In this document: positions 12,917-25,842 of the stretch, piece by piece
How positions within the stretch are numbered: the first letter of the stretch is position 1
Layout of the letters: each line of letters starts with the position of its first letter
Translations under genes and position numbers: made by a program
From: Macrostomum hystrix
Taxonomy: Eukaryota > Animalia > Platyhelminthes
Reading direction: 5' to 3'
NCBI GenBank assembly: GCA_950097015.1
Contig: CATNEN010000007.1
Location: forward strand, 5,828,001 to 5,892,000
Length of the DNA stretch: 64,000 bases
The notes under the pieces: generated by a model
Databases searched by the model: none
The model's input: the letters and a program-made list of their open reading frames with translations, nothing else
Told to the model about the DNA's origin: nothing

Positions 12917-15781
12917 GTAATAGGTGCATTACCACACACACAGTTAAAAGATGGCGAGGTTTTTGACATAGACTTATTACTCGGGAAAACGTCCTGAATT
13001 CAAGTTGCGAATGTTAGTTTAATAAAATTTGTCCTCGAATCCCGTGAGTTTTACATTTTACAGTTGAAGTCTTACAGTTGACTAGCCTTCATTTTGAATG
13101 AGAAAATTGACGCTCTGAAGACATCGAAAAAGGCACGACACGTGGGTGATAGACACCTAGGCGGCCCTATTGGCTACCTGTTGTAGCTGTTAGCCAAATG
13201 CGTGATTCTCAGACGGACCCAGGTTCTCAAATTACTCGCCCCAACCTATCCATTTAGTAAATAAATGCCTTTCAAATGAATATAGCAATTGAAATATCAG
13301 GCCAGGGCTTGTTGGCTGCCGATGCCGCCAGCAGCTGCCGTCACAACCGCCCAACCGACTCGCTCGCGTGGCATCTCTTGACTCGAAGCTCAACCCCGGC
13401 CCCGGCCCCTGCTCGAGTTGTGACAGCAGAGCTCAATTGTGAAAGACAAGGCCGGACCCAGGGCGGCGATTATTATTTTTGACCGAGGCCAATGCAGGCC
13501 AACGCCGGGGTCAGATTTCTCCGCTTGATCCCACGAGAAGACACACCACGAGAACCAGCGGGGGCTCCGTCTCCCGGCCTCTATAATGGAGTCGGCCCCG
13601 CGGCGGCAAAGGTCTCAAAAACTCGCATATTTCTCGAGTGGACTGAGAGAGCAGGGATCGGGGGCGGGAGAGGCCGCGTTATTAATTAGAGCCCCGGCCT
13701 CTCTGAGATTTTGTTACAAAATTTGAGTTCTACACAGTGGCCCTCCAATCCAGCTGTTGTCCGAATCTGGCTAAACCGACTGTAGGGCCGCCACTTGGCA
13801 ACCCGACAAACAGCGCCAGGGGGGTTCGCAATGCACAATAGAGAATCAAGAGCGGCACGTATAGGGCCTCTCCTTATTTTCTCAGACTGGGGGGCACTCA
13901 AGATGGCGAAGGCACAAAGCCAGGGTTTGTGAAATGAAATTGTGGAGTTGTATTTAAGGTGGTGTAGCTTTTTGAGGCGAGTAGTCTCGTGCGGTTTCCT
14001 TTTTATTCAGAGGGTTTGGCGGAGGCGCGTGCCAATAAAAATACTCCTCCTAGTGCCCATTGTAAATTTCTGAATGCATGTACATGAGTTGCCTACTGAC
14101 TAAACAGTAGGGTGTATAGCTTACGAACGTATTATTTGATCGAATCCTATAAATTTTCATTTAGGCTTAGCTTGATACGCAGTTTTGGTGTAGTTTTAGG
14201 ACGTCAGTTTTTTTCTAGAATTTCCTCAATCGAAAAGCGTAGCAAATAGAAAAGGTGAATTAAAATGACTAAACAACTTAAATGAAGGAAGCAACGATGG
14301 GGCAGGTAGCAAAGTTTGCACCGAGCTGGTAAACATAAGAATTAGAAAACTTAGTTCCGGTCTGGCGAAGGCAATCGGTTGTAACTGCGCAGTATAAGCT
14401 TTAACTAAATTGTTAGCCTTTAATATTTACCTGGAACATAATGTTATTGTTACATTCTTGTATCGCCTATTTCGATTGTTATTTTGGCTCGACCAAAATG
14501 TTTGTTCTCACGATTAAAACAGGGAGGCAGCTCCTATGCAATGAGCAACAGCTGCTGGTCCATTGTTCAGGCATGAAATACAAAACAACTGGGCCAGATT
14601 TCGTGCACTTCAAGAATAATAAAAGGCGGAGGAAGCAAGACTGGACAATGGGCGCAGAGACGCCAGCCGGGGGAGAGCGGAGTGGCTCCTTCACTCCGGG
14701 AGGATCAATACTGCGGTGCAAAGCCTTCCGCTGCCGGTCGGTTCATGTGGGCTTAAGCTCCAATGCAGCGCTGCTGCCGGGAAGGCATTGGGGTGCTAGG
14801 GGGATATTTCAAGGAGGGATCTCTGTTAGTTCGCAATCTGCAGAAGCGGTGCAGGTCCCAACTGTGCAGAGGAAATGTACAAACCAGTTTTCATGGCATT
14901 TTGTGCCATTTTTGCAGAGGGAGGTTGTTGTAAACAGATGGATACCTGGCTTACTCGTATGCTGCAGATAATGGAGAGAATGCTTGTGCTTTAAAAGTAC
15001 ATTTAGTGTTCGCAGAACTTTCAATGGTAAGCCTGTCCCTCAGTTGTTTATGTACAAGTGAATAATACAGATTGAAGAAATGACACTGATATTACAATTT
15101 GATCCTGTAAGAAGGTGGCACACAAGAGATGCGTTCGGAATTAAACCCAAGCTATTTTGCGAGCTATGAATTTCCGCCCTGAATGTATCGTCTTACTGAA
15201 CTGGCTGTACGATTCCCATGGTACAGTAGATCATTCACATCGGGCCCTGTATCATTTATCCAACCCCTGCTTTGCCTGTAAGTGTACGCCCAACTCCAGA
15301 AAATCTGATGCATTGCAGCGTCTTTTAGAGGGCTGAGCTGATCTGCAGGGGCAATAAATTAGGCTGCCGTTTTGGATAAAGGCCTCAGCCGCATGCATGT
15401 GTACTTGCAAGACTGCAGTTTCTACATGCTAGAGGCGAATTAATGCGTATTATTCCACTAAACTATGAGGCTTGAGTTAGAGCAGTTCTCAGCTTCTTGT
15501 GCCCTGCTGCTCACGGTGTGCTAAACATTTTTTAATTAAGTGTGAGCAGAAAGAAATTTGAGTTCTGTAAGTACACGAAGCGATCTACCTAGCCTGACCT
15601 GCCACTCATACATTTTCTTGAATTAATGTCACTTAAATATAACTTCCGTCCATTCTGTAAATATATTTACCTATCCATTTTATAAATCAACCAGCAAACC
15701 AATAAATCAATCAATCAATCAATATACCTATCTACCTATCTATCGACCGAGTCTTGGATTTGTATTTTGTTGCCTATTTGA

Positions 15782-15925
15782 AGCGACTTGAAGGTCGGGG
15801 GTTCGATTCCAGAATCCACTGGAACAATCTGTGTCCACTAGCTAGACACTAAGCTCGGCATTGCTTGAGTTGTCGGCTGCACACCTGGCCCGACTGGGGC
15901 AAGCATAATCAGTTATAAGAAAAAA
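15782..15925 (+). mobile_element. 5'-truncated tRNA-derived SINE
   Basis: B-box GGTTCGATTCC in gtcgggggttcgattcc...ccactggaacaatctgtgtcc, shared with the copies at ~19.9 and ~60.2 kb; A-rich tail. Confidence 0.6.
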
Positions 15926-17030
15926 AGTAATTGACAACTATATTAGATTTTTAAAATCTATCTATGAATCTAGCCCCAACGTTTAATCTTTCAGCGAGTT
16001 AATTAGTTCTCACGTCGTGATTTCTCCTAAATTAGCTGTAGAAGGCAGCAAGGCAGAACTATTGATCTGTTAGTTTTGAGAACAATGCACAATGGTAGGC
16101 ACTAAATCTGCTGATTTAGTGCACCAATATAATTGTTACTTAAGGCGAAGCGTCAACAATATTCATGTATGTAAAATGAGCGAGTTGATAAAAGTGGTCT
16201 TAGCTCTGAAAGTATTTTAGCTTTAAAATGTACAGAGACGAATACGATCTATAAAAATGCACGCTCGCTTATTAACTGTTGTGCAGATCAGAAAGTTTCT
16301 GTTAAGAGCATAACACTTTGAGGCTATAGGAAGCATGCAATAATGGCTAAGCCAAATAAAACAAAAAACTGTCAATCAGCGCTTTTGTTAAACTGACAGA
16401 AAATGTCATTAATTCTGAGCCGAATAAAATGAAAAGTAATTATTCGCATATAAAAATTTCACTACTTTGTCATTGTCAGAAAATTTAGACCAACAGAATG
16501 TCTGGGCCAGGGTCTCAAAATACTATTATTGTGCAATATTTCATACATATTTTTCATTTAATATAGTAATTATAAAACGGCTAAGCGTCCCAGATTTTCC
16601 TGTGCGGAACATCTTAGTTGTGATTGATCAATACACAGAAAGAAAAAAGCACCAGAGAAAGAATTCGCTACTTTTAAAGAGTTCAATTTTCTCTGTCATT
16701 TAGCGTTACATAATGATGTTGTTGCCTAGTTCATAAATAACACCAACAAATTCCAAGGCACATTTTCAGAAAATGATAAAAACTCACAAGCAATACGTAA
16801 AATTCTCCCAGACCAGATCACAAATTCACTGTGCAAAAATAAGTATGCAAGTGAAAATCAGCTTATAGGCTGGTTCTATTTTTTAAATCAAAAGTACAAA
16901 GCAAAACTAAAAAATTAAACAAGTATGACAAAAATAAATATGACAGAGGCAACGAGACAAACGCAACCACTACATAGAAAGTAAAATAGCACTTAGCTGT
17001 GTACTTATTTAAGCCGATATAGGCAGAATT

Positions 17031-17744
17031 TCAATGGCCACTTTCTTCTTCGACTTTGTAGAGAGCACTTTTTGCACGTTTAGTTGCTTGCCTGGCCAGA
17101 ACTTCGTGAAAGCTTTGCGATGGTTCTGTTGAGTTCAGCGATGAACTCGAGGCAGAAAATCTGGACAGTTGATTCGAACTCCTAGCGGAAGTTCTGCTGC
17201 CTCCAGTTCCAGCTGGGTCGGCTGCGAGAGGTCGTAGAACAGTTTGGTGAATTGCTCTTCCAGACGATGGCAATTTCGGGTTCCTTGAAACATCGCCAAC
17301 ACTGTAGCTTCTCTTCAACCGATCGGCCGTCTTAAGAACCGCCGACGCAGCAATATTCATTCCTTGCTGTCCAACTTCAAAAAGAACCTCACATCCTTTG
17401 TTCGATGCTGATGCAATATACCGATCGATGTCTGTTTCGTGCTTCATGAGATTCGGGTGTATGATTCTTCGGTATAGAAAACTGGAACCTCTCGTAATTG
17501 GAAGTACCAACCAAAGCACAAATAAGATTTTTGCTTCATAATACAGTGGAAGCCAACATAGGACAATGTCAGTCACAACTTCGAATGCTGTAAATGCGGC
17601 AAAGACAATCCAATACATCATCCATTTCACTTGCTCGTAGCCGTCCCGCTTATTCAGTGCCTTGTACGACGAAAATGCGGGATAAAGAACTCCAAATAGT
17701 ATTATGATGCAACGATAAACTGTGGATGTTAAAAAATACAACAT
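17031..17744 (-). CDS. REEP: REEP1-4-like ER-shaping protein (TB2/DP1/HVA22 family), uninterrupted CDS, 237 aa
   Basis: LFGVLYPAFSSYKA...VKWMMYWIVFA...WLPLYYEAKILFVLWL..P.TRGSSFLYRRIIHP; RSYS matches the RSxS 14-3-3 motif of REEP1-4. Confidence 0.95.
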   Translation of the reverse strand: MLYFLTSTVYRCIIILFGVLYPAFSSYKALNKRDGYEQVKWMMYWIVFAAFTAFEVVTDIVLCWLPLYYEAKILFVLWLVLPITRGSSFLYRRIIHPNLMKHETDIDRYIASASNKGCEVLFEVGQQGMNIAASAVLKTADRLKRSYSVGDVSRNPKLPSSGRAIHQTVLRPLAADPAGTGGSRTSARSSNQLSRFSASSSSLNSTEPSQSFHEVLARQATKRAKSALYKVEEESGH

Positions 17745-19380
17745 AGCGCCCTATTTCATGGAAAACAGGTAATTTTTAACTTCGATTTAGGTCAACAAAT
17801 TAGCGATCTTGAAAAAAAGGTCATAGAATGTCGAAGTTAAAAATTATTGTGCAGTATCAACAATTTGAACAGCAATAAGAATATTATGTAAAAATATTTA
17901 TGTACTTTAAAAAAAGTAACATTAAAAGTCGCATTGGTTAAAAAAGCAAATCATCACTAAAAGTGGACTACTTTAACGTGTTATAAATATTGTCCATGGC
18001 GATAAAAAAATGATTTCCGCGAAACCTACATCCGATTTCAGGCATTCACTAAATCAGAAGAATCAAACAATTGGTTTAGTATGTGTAATGCAGCGTAGTG
18101 TTAGCAGCATTCTTGCACACTAATTGAAGTATAATGACGCTCGACTATTACCAAATGATGTCTCATAACATAACCCGACTTGAAAGTTATATAGTTACTT
18201 TAATTGATTTCTTTCTTTTTTTATCATGATAAGCATTAAACACTTTGATTTTCTATTTTTATTTTGTAATTTTGTGCTTTTTTTGTCCCATCCAATGATA
18301 TTCTGTTTGTGATAAAATTATACATTATAAAAGCAGACCTCACCACTTTAAAGTAATTTTCCTGTTGTATAGTACTTTTTCCTTTCGTACCAATTTAGAA
18401 CTGCCTTAATAATTTATACTTTAAACAGTTTTCCAAATTCATTCAAACAAACATAAAATAATATTGGAAAAACAGGCTGCTTGCCTAAGCCAACCTACCA
18501 AACCTACCTAAAGTCCATTGGTGCATGTTTTTAGTTTAAGATTTTTAAGTCCTAATAAAGAGTAAGAATTATGAGTTTCCATTGTTGGCAGTCTAAAGAA
18601 CTGCCATTTTATTAATCCTGTGACACCCTGTCTATCTTTACACCATCAACAGTCAACAGTCTGTCAACAGTCAACAGACTGTGGAAAACCCCACTCCCAC
18701 AATTTGCATATGGCTCAATTGAAATTTCTGAAGGACTTGAGTCCCAAACACCAAGGAATTAAAAGTTCCCATTGCTGGCAGTCTGAAGTGTCAAGTAACA
18801 TATTCTCTTTGCCATTAGCCCTCATTAGGCTGTAGCCTGTCTACATCTCTTCATAGCCATCCACATATCCCCATAAACACACATGTAGCCTAAAAGTCTT
18901 TAGGGGTTTGAATTTGTATCTCATTTCTTTCTTTCTCTATCTATTTCTATATTTTCTGTCTCCTCGCAGTTTCTTTTACTCATCACTTCAGTGCAAATGA
19001 TATTTCAGAACTCAAGATACAGAAACTTGATATAGGAAGCAGAATTTCTGATAATCATATCTATATCCGTAATTTCCCTTAGCTGCATTTCCATAGCTAC
19101 AGCAGAACTCATATTTTTTAGAATCTAATTTGATCAGATTTTATATTTGTTGAACTAGACAAGATTCTATGCATAATATAACATATACAATATGGTATAT
19201 TCTGAAATGAATTACACTGGAATTTCAGTACTTTCCAATAATCATTTAAATGATATTTTGGGTTTTCTATTCTATTTTTATCCCATTTTAAAAGTGCTTT
19301 CAGATATTCTGAAAATCTGCAATAAAATTTCCCACATATTTTACTCTCCAGTTGCCGCACTGTTGCATGCAGCAGCCGAA

Positions 19381-19854
19381 ATGGCTGCACGGGTGAGTCC
19401 AGCCGACGTTGCTGTTGCTGGCGGCGTCGGCTCTGGCGCCGTCGATACCGCCACCACAGCGCTGCCCCGCTTCAGGCGGGAACTCCGGGCCGGCCGGTTT
19501 CTCGCCGTCTGCCACTTGAAGCCGCCGGCAGCTCAGGGCGCCTCCCGTGCCGCCTCGCCCTGCGATCGCCGAGTAGCCTTTCTATTTCACGGCGTCGGCG
19601 GCAGCGTGGACGTCTTCCGGCACCAGGTGCCGCTGCTTCTTAACCTGGGCTTCGAAGTGGTGGCCTACGACCTGCTTGGCCACGGCGAGAGCGGCACCTC
19701 CGACTATCCCGACGACTTCACGTTCAACGCTCTGCGGCGCGATGCCGTCCGTCTGTTTGACGAGTTAGCCGCCCCGGACGGTGGCAACATTTTGCTGGGC
19801 CATTCCTACGGTACCTCCTTTGTTACCTACCTGTGCCACGAGCGGCCCAGACTG
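19381..19854 (+). CDS. ABHD8: ABHD8-like alpha/beta hydrolase exon 1
   Basis: FLFHGVGGS oxyanion motif, DLLGHGES, GHSYG nucleophile elbow; acceptor at 19351 upstream of ATG 19381 (start inferred); GTAATG donor at 19855, phase 0. Confidence 0.88.
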
Positions 19855-19892
19855 GTAATGATGGGGAATTTTAATCTAATAATGGGGAATAG

Positions 19893-20030
19893 AAGGATTG
19901 CAGCCTAGTGGTTAGAGCGTCGGACTCACGACTTAAAGTGAGTCGGGGGTTCGATTCCTGACTCCTCTAGAACAATTTGTGTCGGCAATTTAGCTCGGCA
20001 ATTCGTCAATTGATGGTTTAGTTAGGCATC
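19893..20030 (+). mobile_element. tRNA-derived SINE in ABHD8 intron 1
   Basis: A-box-like cagcctagtgg and B-box ggttcgattcc; no closable acceptor stem; homologous to the 15.8 and 60.2 kb copies. Confidence 0.7.
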
Positions 20031-20324
20031 CCGCCAGGCTATGGTCTAAACAGCCTTACGCAGCTTTCAGATGCAATAGCTCCCAGAGCTTATTAAGTCC
20101 CAGTTCAGATTTTCCTTCATCCGTTTGAAGTCAAGCGTCACTAGAAGTTTTCTTTGCAGAAGAAAGACCACGCTAATCCCCCCTGGGTAAAGACCAAGGA
20201 GGTATTTCAAATAGCAACAGCCTACTACACGATAGATACCAAACCGAGTGACCGAGTTTCGTGAAACTTTATCTTTTAGATCTAGATTTCCCGCCCTTTA
20301 CGAAGCACAAACATTCAAAGCCGT

Positions 20325-20530
20325 CCGACATCAGCATCGTCAAGATATTCAGCGATTCTTGTCGAAGACTAATTACAAAGACACCAGGTGATTTTCGACA
20401 CCAGGCACCCGACGAGAATCGTTGAATATCTCGACGATGTCGAAGTTTTGTGATTCTGGGAGCTGTTTCATCGGATAGAGCGAAAGTATGTTTCCCGTGT
20501 TCTGGATTTTCAACGCGATTGGTTGAATAA
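20325..20530. mobile_element. Dispersed repeat with internal inverted arms (MITE/DNA transposon remnant)
   Basis: ~20325-20365 is the reverse complement of ~20410-20445; 20411-20530 recurs, diverged, at 26411-26530. Confidence 0.6.
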
Positions 20531-20675
20531 TTTAGGAATTACATAAAAAATGTGTTTTTGAAATCCCCCGTAGTCCTTCTACAATTAATCAATGTTGGAT
20601 GTCCTCACAATCGCTACAGGATGTTTATCCTTTATCACCATAGGATGCAGTGACTCGCCACCCCGCACAACGCAG

Positions 20676-20936
20676 GTGTCTCTGGCCATCCAGCTTGCCG
20701 GCGGGGGTCCCAACGCTCTGGGCAATGAGCCTGGCAGCGTGTTCTCCTGCTGCACCTGCTTCTTCGTGTGCGCCGGCCCCGCCCTCCGCTGGCTGGTCCG
20801 GCGGCGCCTGTTCAGGCCGGGCGGCCGGGCCAGCGGCCCCGATAAGCGGCTCGCGTTCGGCGTTGGAGCGCGCGAATTCAAAATGATAATGAACGGACAG
20901 TGCTGGGCGCAGGGAGACGAGGTCTACCACGCTGAG
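20676..20936 (+). CDS. ABHD8: ABHD8-like exon 2
   Basis: VSLAIQLAGGGPNAL...MNGQCWAQGDEVYHAE matches ABHD8 GGGP and GQ.W..GDEVYHAE; 261 nt, CAG/GT. Confidence 0.92.
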
Positions 20937-20999
20937 GTACTGCTGACGCTTGGGGCCCGCCGGTTTCTGGGGCATTTAAATTGTTATGGGTAACGAAAG

Positions 21000-21475
21000 G
21001 ACTGGGTAGATGTAATTGTGTAATCAAAAAGCTTGGTAGAGGGAATTGGGTAATCAAAGGATTAGGTAGAGGGAATTGGGTAATCAAAGGATTAGGTAGA
21101 GGGAATTGGGTAATCAAAGGATTAGTTTAGAGGGAATTGGGAAATCAAAGGATTAGGTAGAGGGAATTGGGTAATCAAAGGATTAGGTAGAGGGAATTGG
21201 GTAATCAAAGGATTAGGTAGAGGGAATTGGGTAATCAAAGGATTAGTTTAGAGGGAATTGGGAAATCAAAGGATTAGGTAGAGGGAATTGGGTAATCAAA
21301 GGATTAGGTAGAGGGAATTGGGTAATCAAAGGATTAGGTAGAGGGAATTGGGTAATCAAAGGATTAGGTAGAGGGAATTGGGAAATCAAAGGATTAGTTT
21401 AGAGGGAATTGGGTAATCAAACGATTAGGTAGAGGGAATTGGGTAATCAAAGGATTAGGCAGAGGGAATTGGGAA
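21000..21475. repeat. 30-bp minisatellite ggattaggtagagggaattgggtaatcaaa (ABHD8 intron 2)
   Basis: Tandem periodicity. Confidence 0.95.
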
Positions 21476-21619
21476 AACAAAAGCACCGATGTGGCAGATT
21501 TTTTTAATCAAAACGTCGATAATTGGGTAAAGGTAGAATTGGGCAAAAATAGATAAAAACGGCTATAATTTGGTATCAAAGTAGAATAATGTAGAGCAGG
21601 AAGAAAAGGAGAGAACACG

Positions 21620-23031
21620 TAGAATAAGGTAGAACAGGTAGAATAAGGTAGAACAGGTAGAATAAGGTAGAACAGGTAGAATTTGGTAGAACAGGTAGAG
21701 TAAGGTAGAACAGGTAGAATAAGGTAGAACAGGTAGTACAGGTAGAATAAGGTAGAACAGGTAGAATAAGGTAGAACTGGTAGAATAAGGTAGAACTGGT
21801 AGAATAAGGTAGAACAGGTAGTACAGGTAGAATAAGGTAGAACAGGTAGAATAAGGTAGAACTGGTAGAATAAGGTAGAACTGGTAGAATAAGGTAGAAC
21901 AGGTAGTACAGGTAGAATAAGGTAGAACAGGTAGAATAAGGTAGAACTGGTAGAATAAGGTAGAACTGGTAGAATAAGGTAGAACAGGTAGTACAGGTAG
22001 AATAAGGTAGAACTGGTAGAATAAGGTAGAACAGGTAGTACAGGTAGAATAAGGTAGAACAGGTAGTACATGTAGAACAGGTAGAACAGGTAGAATAAGG
22101 TAGAATAGGGTAGAACAGGTAGAACAGGTAGTACATGTAGAACAGGTAGAACAGGTAGTACATGTAGAACAGGTAGAACAGGTAGAATAAGGTAGAATAG
22201 GGTAGAACACGTAGAATAAGGTAGAACAGGTAGAATAAGGTAGAACAGGTAGAGTAAGGTAGTACAGGTAGAATAAGGTAGAACAGGTAGAATAAGGTAG
22301 AACAGGTAGAATAAGGTATTACAGGTAGTACAGGTAGAATAAGGTAGAACAGGTAGAATAAGTTAGAACTGGTAGAATAAGGTAGAACAGGTAGTACAGG
22401 TAGAATAAGATAGAACTGGTAGAATAAGGTAGAACAGGTAGTACAGGTAGAATAAGGTAGAATAGGGTAGAGCAGGTAGAACAGGTAGTACATGTAGAAC
22501 AGGTAGTACATGTAGAACAGGTAGAACAGGTAGTACAGGTAGAATAAGGTAGAACAGGTAGTACATGTAGAACAGGTAGAACAGGTAGAATAAGGTAGAA
22601 TAGGGTAGAGCAGGTAGAACAGGTAGTACATGTAGAACAGGTAGTACATGTAGAACAGGTAGAACAGGTAGAATAAGGTAGAATAGGGTAGAACACGTAG
22701 AATAAGGTAGAACTGGTAGAATAAGGTAGAACAGGTAGAATAAGGTAGAACAGGTAGAATAAGGTAGAACAGGTAGAGTAAGGTAGTACAGGTAGAATAA
22801 GGTAGAACAGGTAGAATAAGGTAGAACAGGTAGAAAAGGTAGAACAGGTAGTACAGGTAGAATAAGGTAGAACAGGTAGAACAGGTAGAATAAGGTAGAA
22901 CAGGGTAGAACAGGTAGTACAGGTAGAATAAGGTAGAACAGGTAGAACATGGTAGAACAGGTAGTACAGGTAGAATAAGGTAGAACAAGGTAGAACAGGT
23001 AGTACAGGTAGAATAAGGTAGAACAGGTAGA
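21620..23031. repeat. 9/10-bp mosaic array ggtagaaca / ggtagaataa / ggtagtaca (ABHD8 intron 2)
   Basis: Tandem variant units. Confidence 0.95.
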
Positions 23032-23078
23032 GTTGGATAATACGAGTACATCAATGATTCTCCCCGAATTCGCCAAAG

Positions 23079-23513
23079 GTGCGCACGCCGACGCTCCTGC
23101 TGCACGGCGAGTTCGACCGTCTCGTCTCGCTGGAGGATCAGCAGTGGATGCAGCAGACCCTGAGCGGTCCCTGCAGCCTGCTGACTGTGCCGGGCACAGG
23201 GCATATGCTGATGCTTGAGCAGCCGGCGATTGTGAATGCTCACATTACCGATTTCATCAGCGCCTCGATGGCTGCCTCGGCTGCTGCATTCTCCGCTTCA
23301 GCCGCCTCTGCCTCCGCTGTCACCGTTGGCGCCTCGGTTTCGGCCATAGACGATGCCACTGCGGCCGACTCTACCGTGGCCACTCAGCAGCACAATTCCC
23401 AGTTGTCGCAGTCGCGTCAGCGTCCGCCATCGTCATCGAAGGCGACGAAGGTCACCAGGCGAACTGGCTCGGTCAAGTCGCTGCCCTGCGGCTCCCAGCT
23501 GCTGCGGTACTGA
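23079..23513 (+). CDS. ABHD8: ABHD8-like exon 3 (catalytic Asp/His, Ala/Ser-rich tail, stop); total ~389 aa
   Basis: VRTPTLLLHGEFDRLV...GTGHMLMLEQPAIVN; AAG acceptor, phase 0. Confidence 0.92.
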   Translation: MRTPTLLLHGEFDRLVSLEDQQWMQQTLSGPCSLLTVPGTGHMLMLEQPAIVNAHITDFISASMAASAAAFSASAASASAVTVGASVSAIDDATAADSTVATQQHNSQLSQSRQRPPSSSKATKVTRRTGSVKSLPCGSQLLRY

Positions 23514-24015
23514 CTGCCCCGGCCTGTAATGCAACTCCCCACTCGATTATTCCATTCTGTTTCACCTGTCCATCATCTGTTCAACTATTTTATTTTAATC
23601 CTAGCTCAATATCGTTGGGCATTGTGACCAAGCGCGCTTAGAATAACAAACTCACCCTTTATGCACATTTAACTATTTTCGCGACAAGATTGGCCAATGG
23701 TTTGTTTGAGATTTCGCCTTGTTTTCAGTCGATTTATTAATTTTTGCTTACTATTTAGCTCTGTCTGTCTCATTCACTCCAGTGCTGTGCCAGTCGTCAG
23801 GGCGGTATTTGTCTAGTCCTGCGCATTCGCACCCGCACCACTCTACTTATCGATGGGGTGTGACGAACAGTAGTGTGTGCGCACATTGATATCAGTTTTT
23901 TTATTTGCGCTACCTGACTCTTACATGCATTTATAATTTAGTGTTCTCAAAATTCAGTTATTCTCAGATAACTTATAAAGTTTTTTGCGTAATGTACTTA
24001 TAAAGTAGGCCACAC

Positions 24016-24216
24016 TTTCCCTGTGACCCACCAGTCACTTCCCCTGTGACCCACCTGTCACTTCCCCTGTGACCCACTTGTCACTTCCACTGTGACCCAC
24101 CTGTCACTTCCCCTGTGACCCACCTGTCACTTCCCCTGTGACCCACCTGTCACTTCCACTGTGACCCACCTGTCACTTCCCCTGTAACCCACTTGTCACT
24201 TCCCCTGTGACCCACC
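24016..24216. repeat. 23-bp minisatellite ctgtgacccacctgtcacttccc
   Basis: Tandem periodicity; internal GTGAC/GTCAC inverted pair. Confidence 0.92.
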
Positions 24217-24764
24217 TCTCACAGAAGAACGCCAACGGTGGCATGCTCCATGAGTTTTTGATCTCAGATCTCACTTTTATGTTTAATCAGAGTCATAATC
24301 TTTATTCCAACACAAAGACCTTTGCGTTAGCTATCAACCAGAATAATTTTGCTACAAAACAGAATTGCTTTTGCAAACTGCAGCAACTTTACATCTGCTA
24401 TTGAAACTCTCCAGAATTTGTTTATTTTAAATGCATCTTTTTCGGATTTTCAAGTTTATTTTGCGCAAACACGTCACAACAGTTCCTTGATTTACAAAAA
24501 CCTTTCAACTCATTTTTCTATTGCTTCTATTAATTTGTTACATCGACAATTGACACAGGTCCAATTGCATGCCTTCTCTCTATTCTATCAGCTTTGACTT
24601 GTTCTCTACAAACTGACATACTGACATGAGCTGTAATACAAACGGGCGATGGAAAACTTTCAATTGTACTTTCAGCGCGAGTGGGATAATAATTACATGG
24701 ATTCTTGCACCGAGATCGCGTTGTATTAAGCTTTTCTTTATCTTTTAACTGACACTGGGACATC

Positions 24765-25603
24765 TGATGGATCTGGCTGCTGGTGTGATGATGGATCTGG
24801 CTGCTGGTGTGATGATGGATCTGGCTGCTGGTGTGATGATGATGGATCTGGCTGCTGGTGTGATGATGGATCTGGCTACTGGTGTGATGATGGATCTGGC
24901 TGCTGGTGTGATGATGGATCTGGCTACTGGTGTGATGATGGATCTGGCTACTGGTGTGATGATGATGGATCTGGCTGCTGGTGTGGTGATGGATCTGGCT
25001 GCTGGTGTGATGATGATGGATCTGGCTGCTGGTGTGATGATGATGGATCTAGCTGCTGGTGTGATGATGGATCTGGCTACTGGTGTGATGATGGATCTGG
25101 CTACTGATGTGATGATGATGGATCTGGCTACTGGTGTGATGATGGATCTGGCTACTGATGTGATGATGATGGATCTGGCTGCTGGTGTGATGATGATGGA
25201 TCTAGCTGCTGGTGTGATGATGGATCTGGCTGCTGGTGTGATGATGGATCTGGCTACTGGTGTGATGATGGATCTGGCTACTGATGTGATGATGATGGAT
25301 CTGGCTGCTGGTGTGATGATGGATCTGGCTGCTGGTGTGATGATGGATCTGGCTGCTGGTGTGATGATGATGGATCTGGCTGCTGGTGTGATGATGGATC
25401 TGGCTGCTGGTGTGATGATGGATCTGGCTACTGGTGTGATGATGGATCTGGCTACTGATGTGATGATGATGGATCTGGCTACTGGTGTGATGATGGATCT
25501 GGCTACTGGTGTGATGATGATGGATCTGGATGCTGGTGTGATGATGATGGATCTGGCTACTGGTGTGATGATGATGGATCTGGCTACTGGTGTGATGATG
25601 ATG
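24765..25603. repeat. 24/27-bp minisatellite atggatctggctgctggtgtgatg(atg)
   Basis: Tandem periodicity. Confidence 0.95.
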
Positions 25604-25842
25604 AATCAGGATTGTTGTCAATGTTGTCAGCATCTGGGTAGGCAACATGCCTTCTTTTCTCTGCTTATAGTGCACAACAGCTAAAAATAGATCCCTGTCA
25701 TTGACTCTGCGCACTGAATATGGTTTTTGCCATGGACAAAATCATTTCTGCGCCGCAGGGTGTGCAGATAGCGAATATTTCATGCGCAGTCATGTAGGCT
25801 ATTCTGTAAGCAGCAGTTCCGCCCCTTTCCCGCCTGACCGCC

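Noticed and set aside
14441-14971. 176-aa ORF
   Set aside because: No recognisable domain, no codon bias, no convincing splice partners
16099-16122. 10-bp-stem hairpin gcactaaatc-tgct-gatttagtgc
   Set aside because: Isolated; no Helitron CTRR end or RNA gene context
18545-18790. Diverged direct repeat (ccattg.tggcagtct) ~190 bp apart
   Set aside because: Small old local duplication with no LTR or TSD hallmarks
19192-19380. N-terminal extension of the ABHD8 ORF from ATG 19192
   Set aside because: AT-rich, intron-like, and ends at a poly-Y CAG acceptor at 19351
19893-19970. Possible tRNA gene
   Set aside because: Has A/B boxes but no proper acceptor or anticodon stems; recurs as a SINE head
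24767-25684. 305-aa MDLAAGVM repeat ORF and His-rich antisense ORF
   Set aside because: Open only because the units are multiples of 3; synonymous sites are invariant; no splice link to neighbouring genes found
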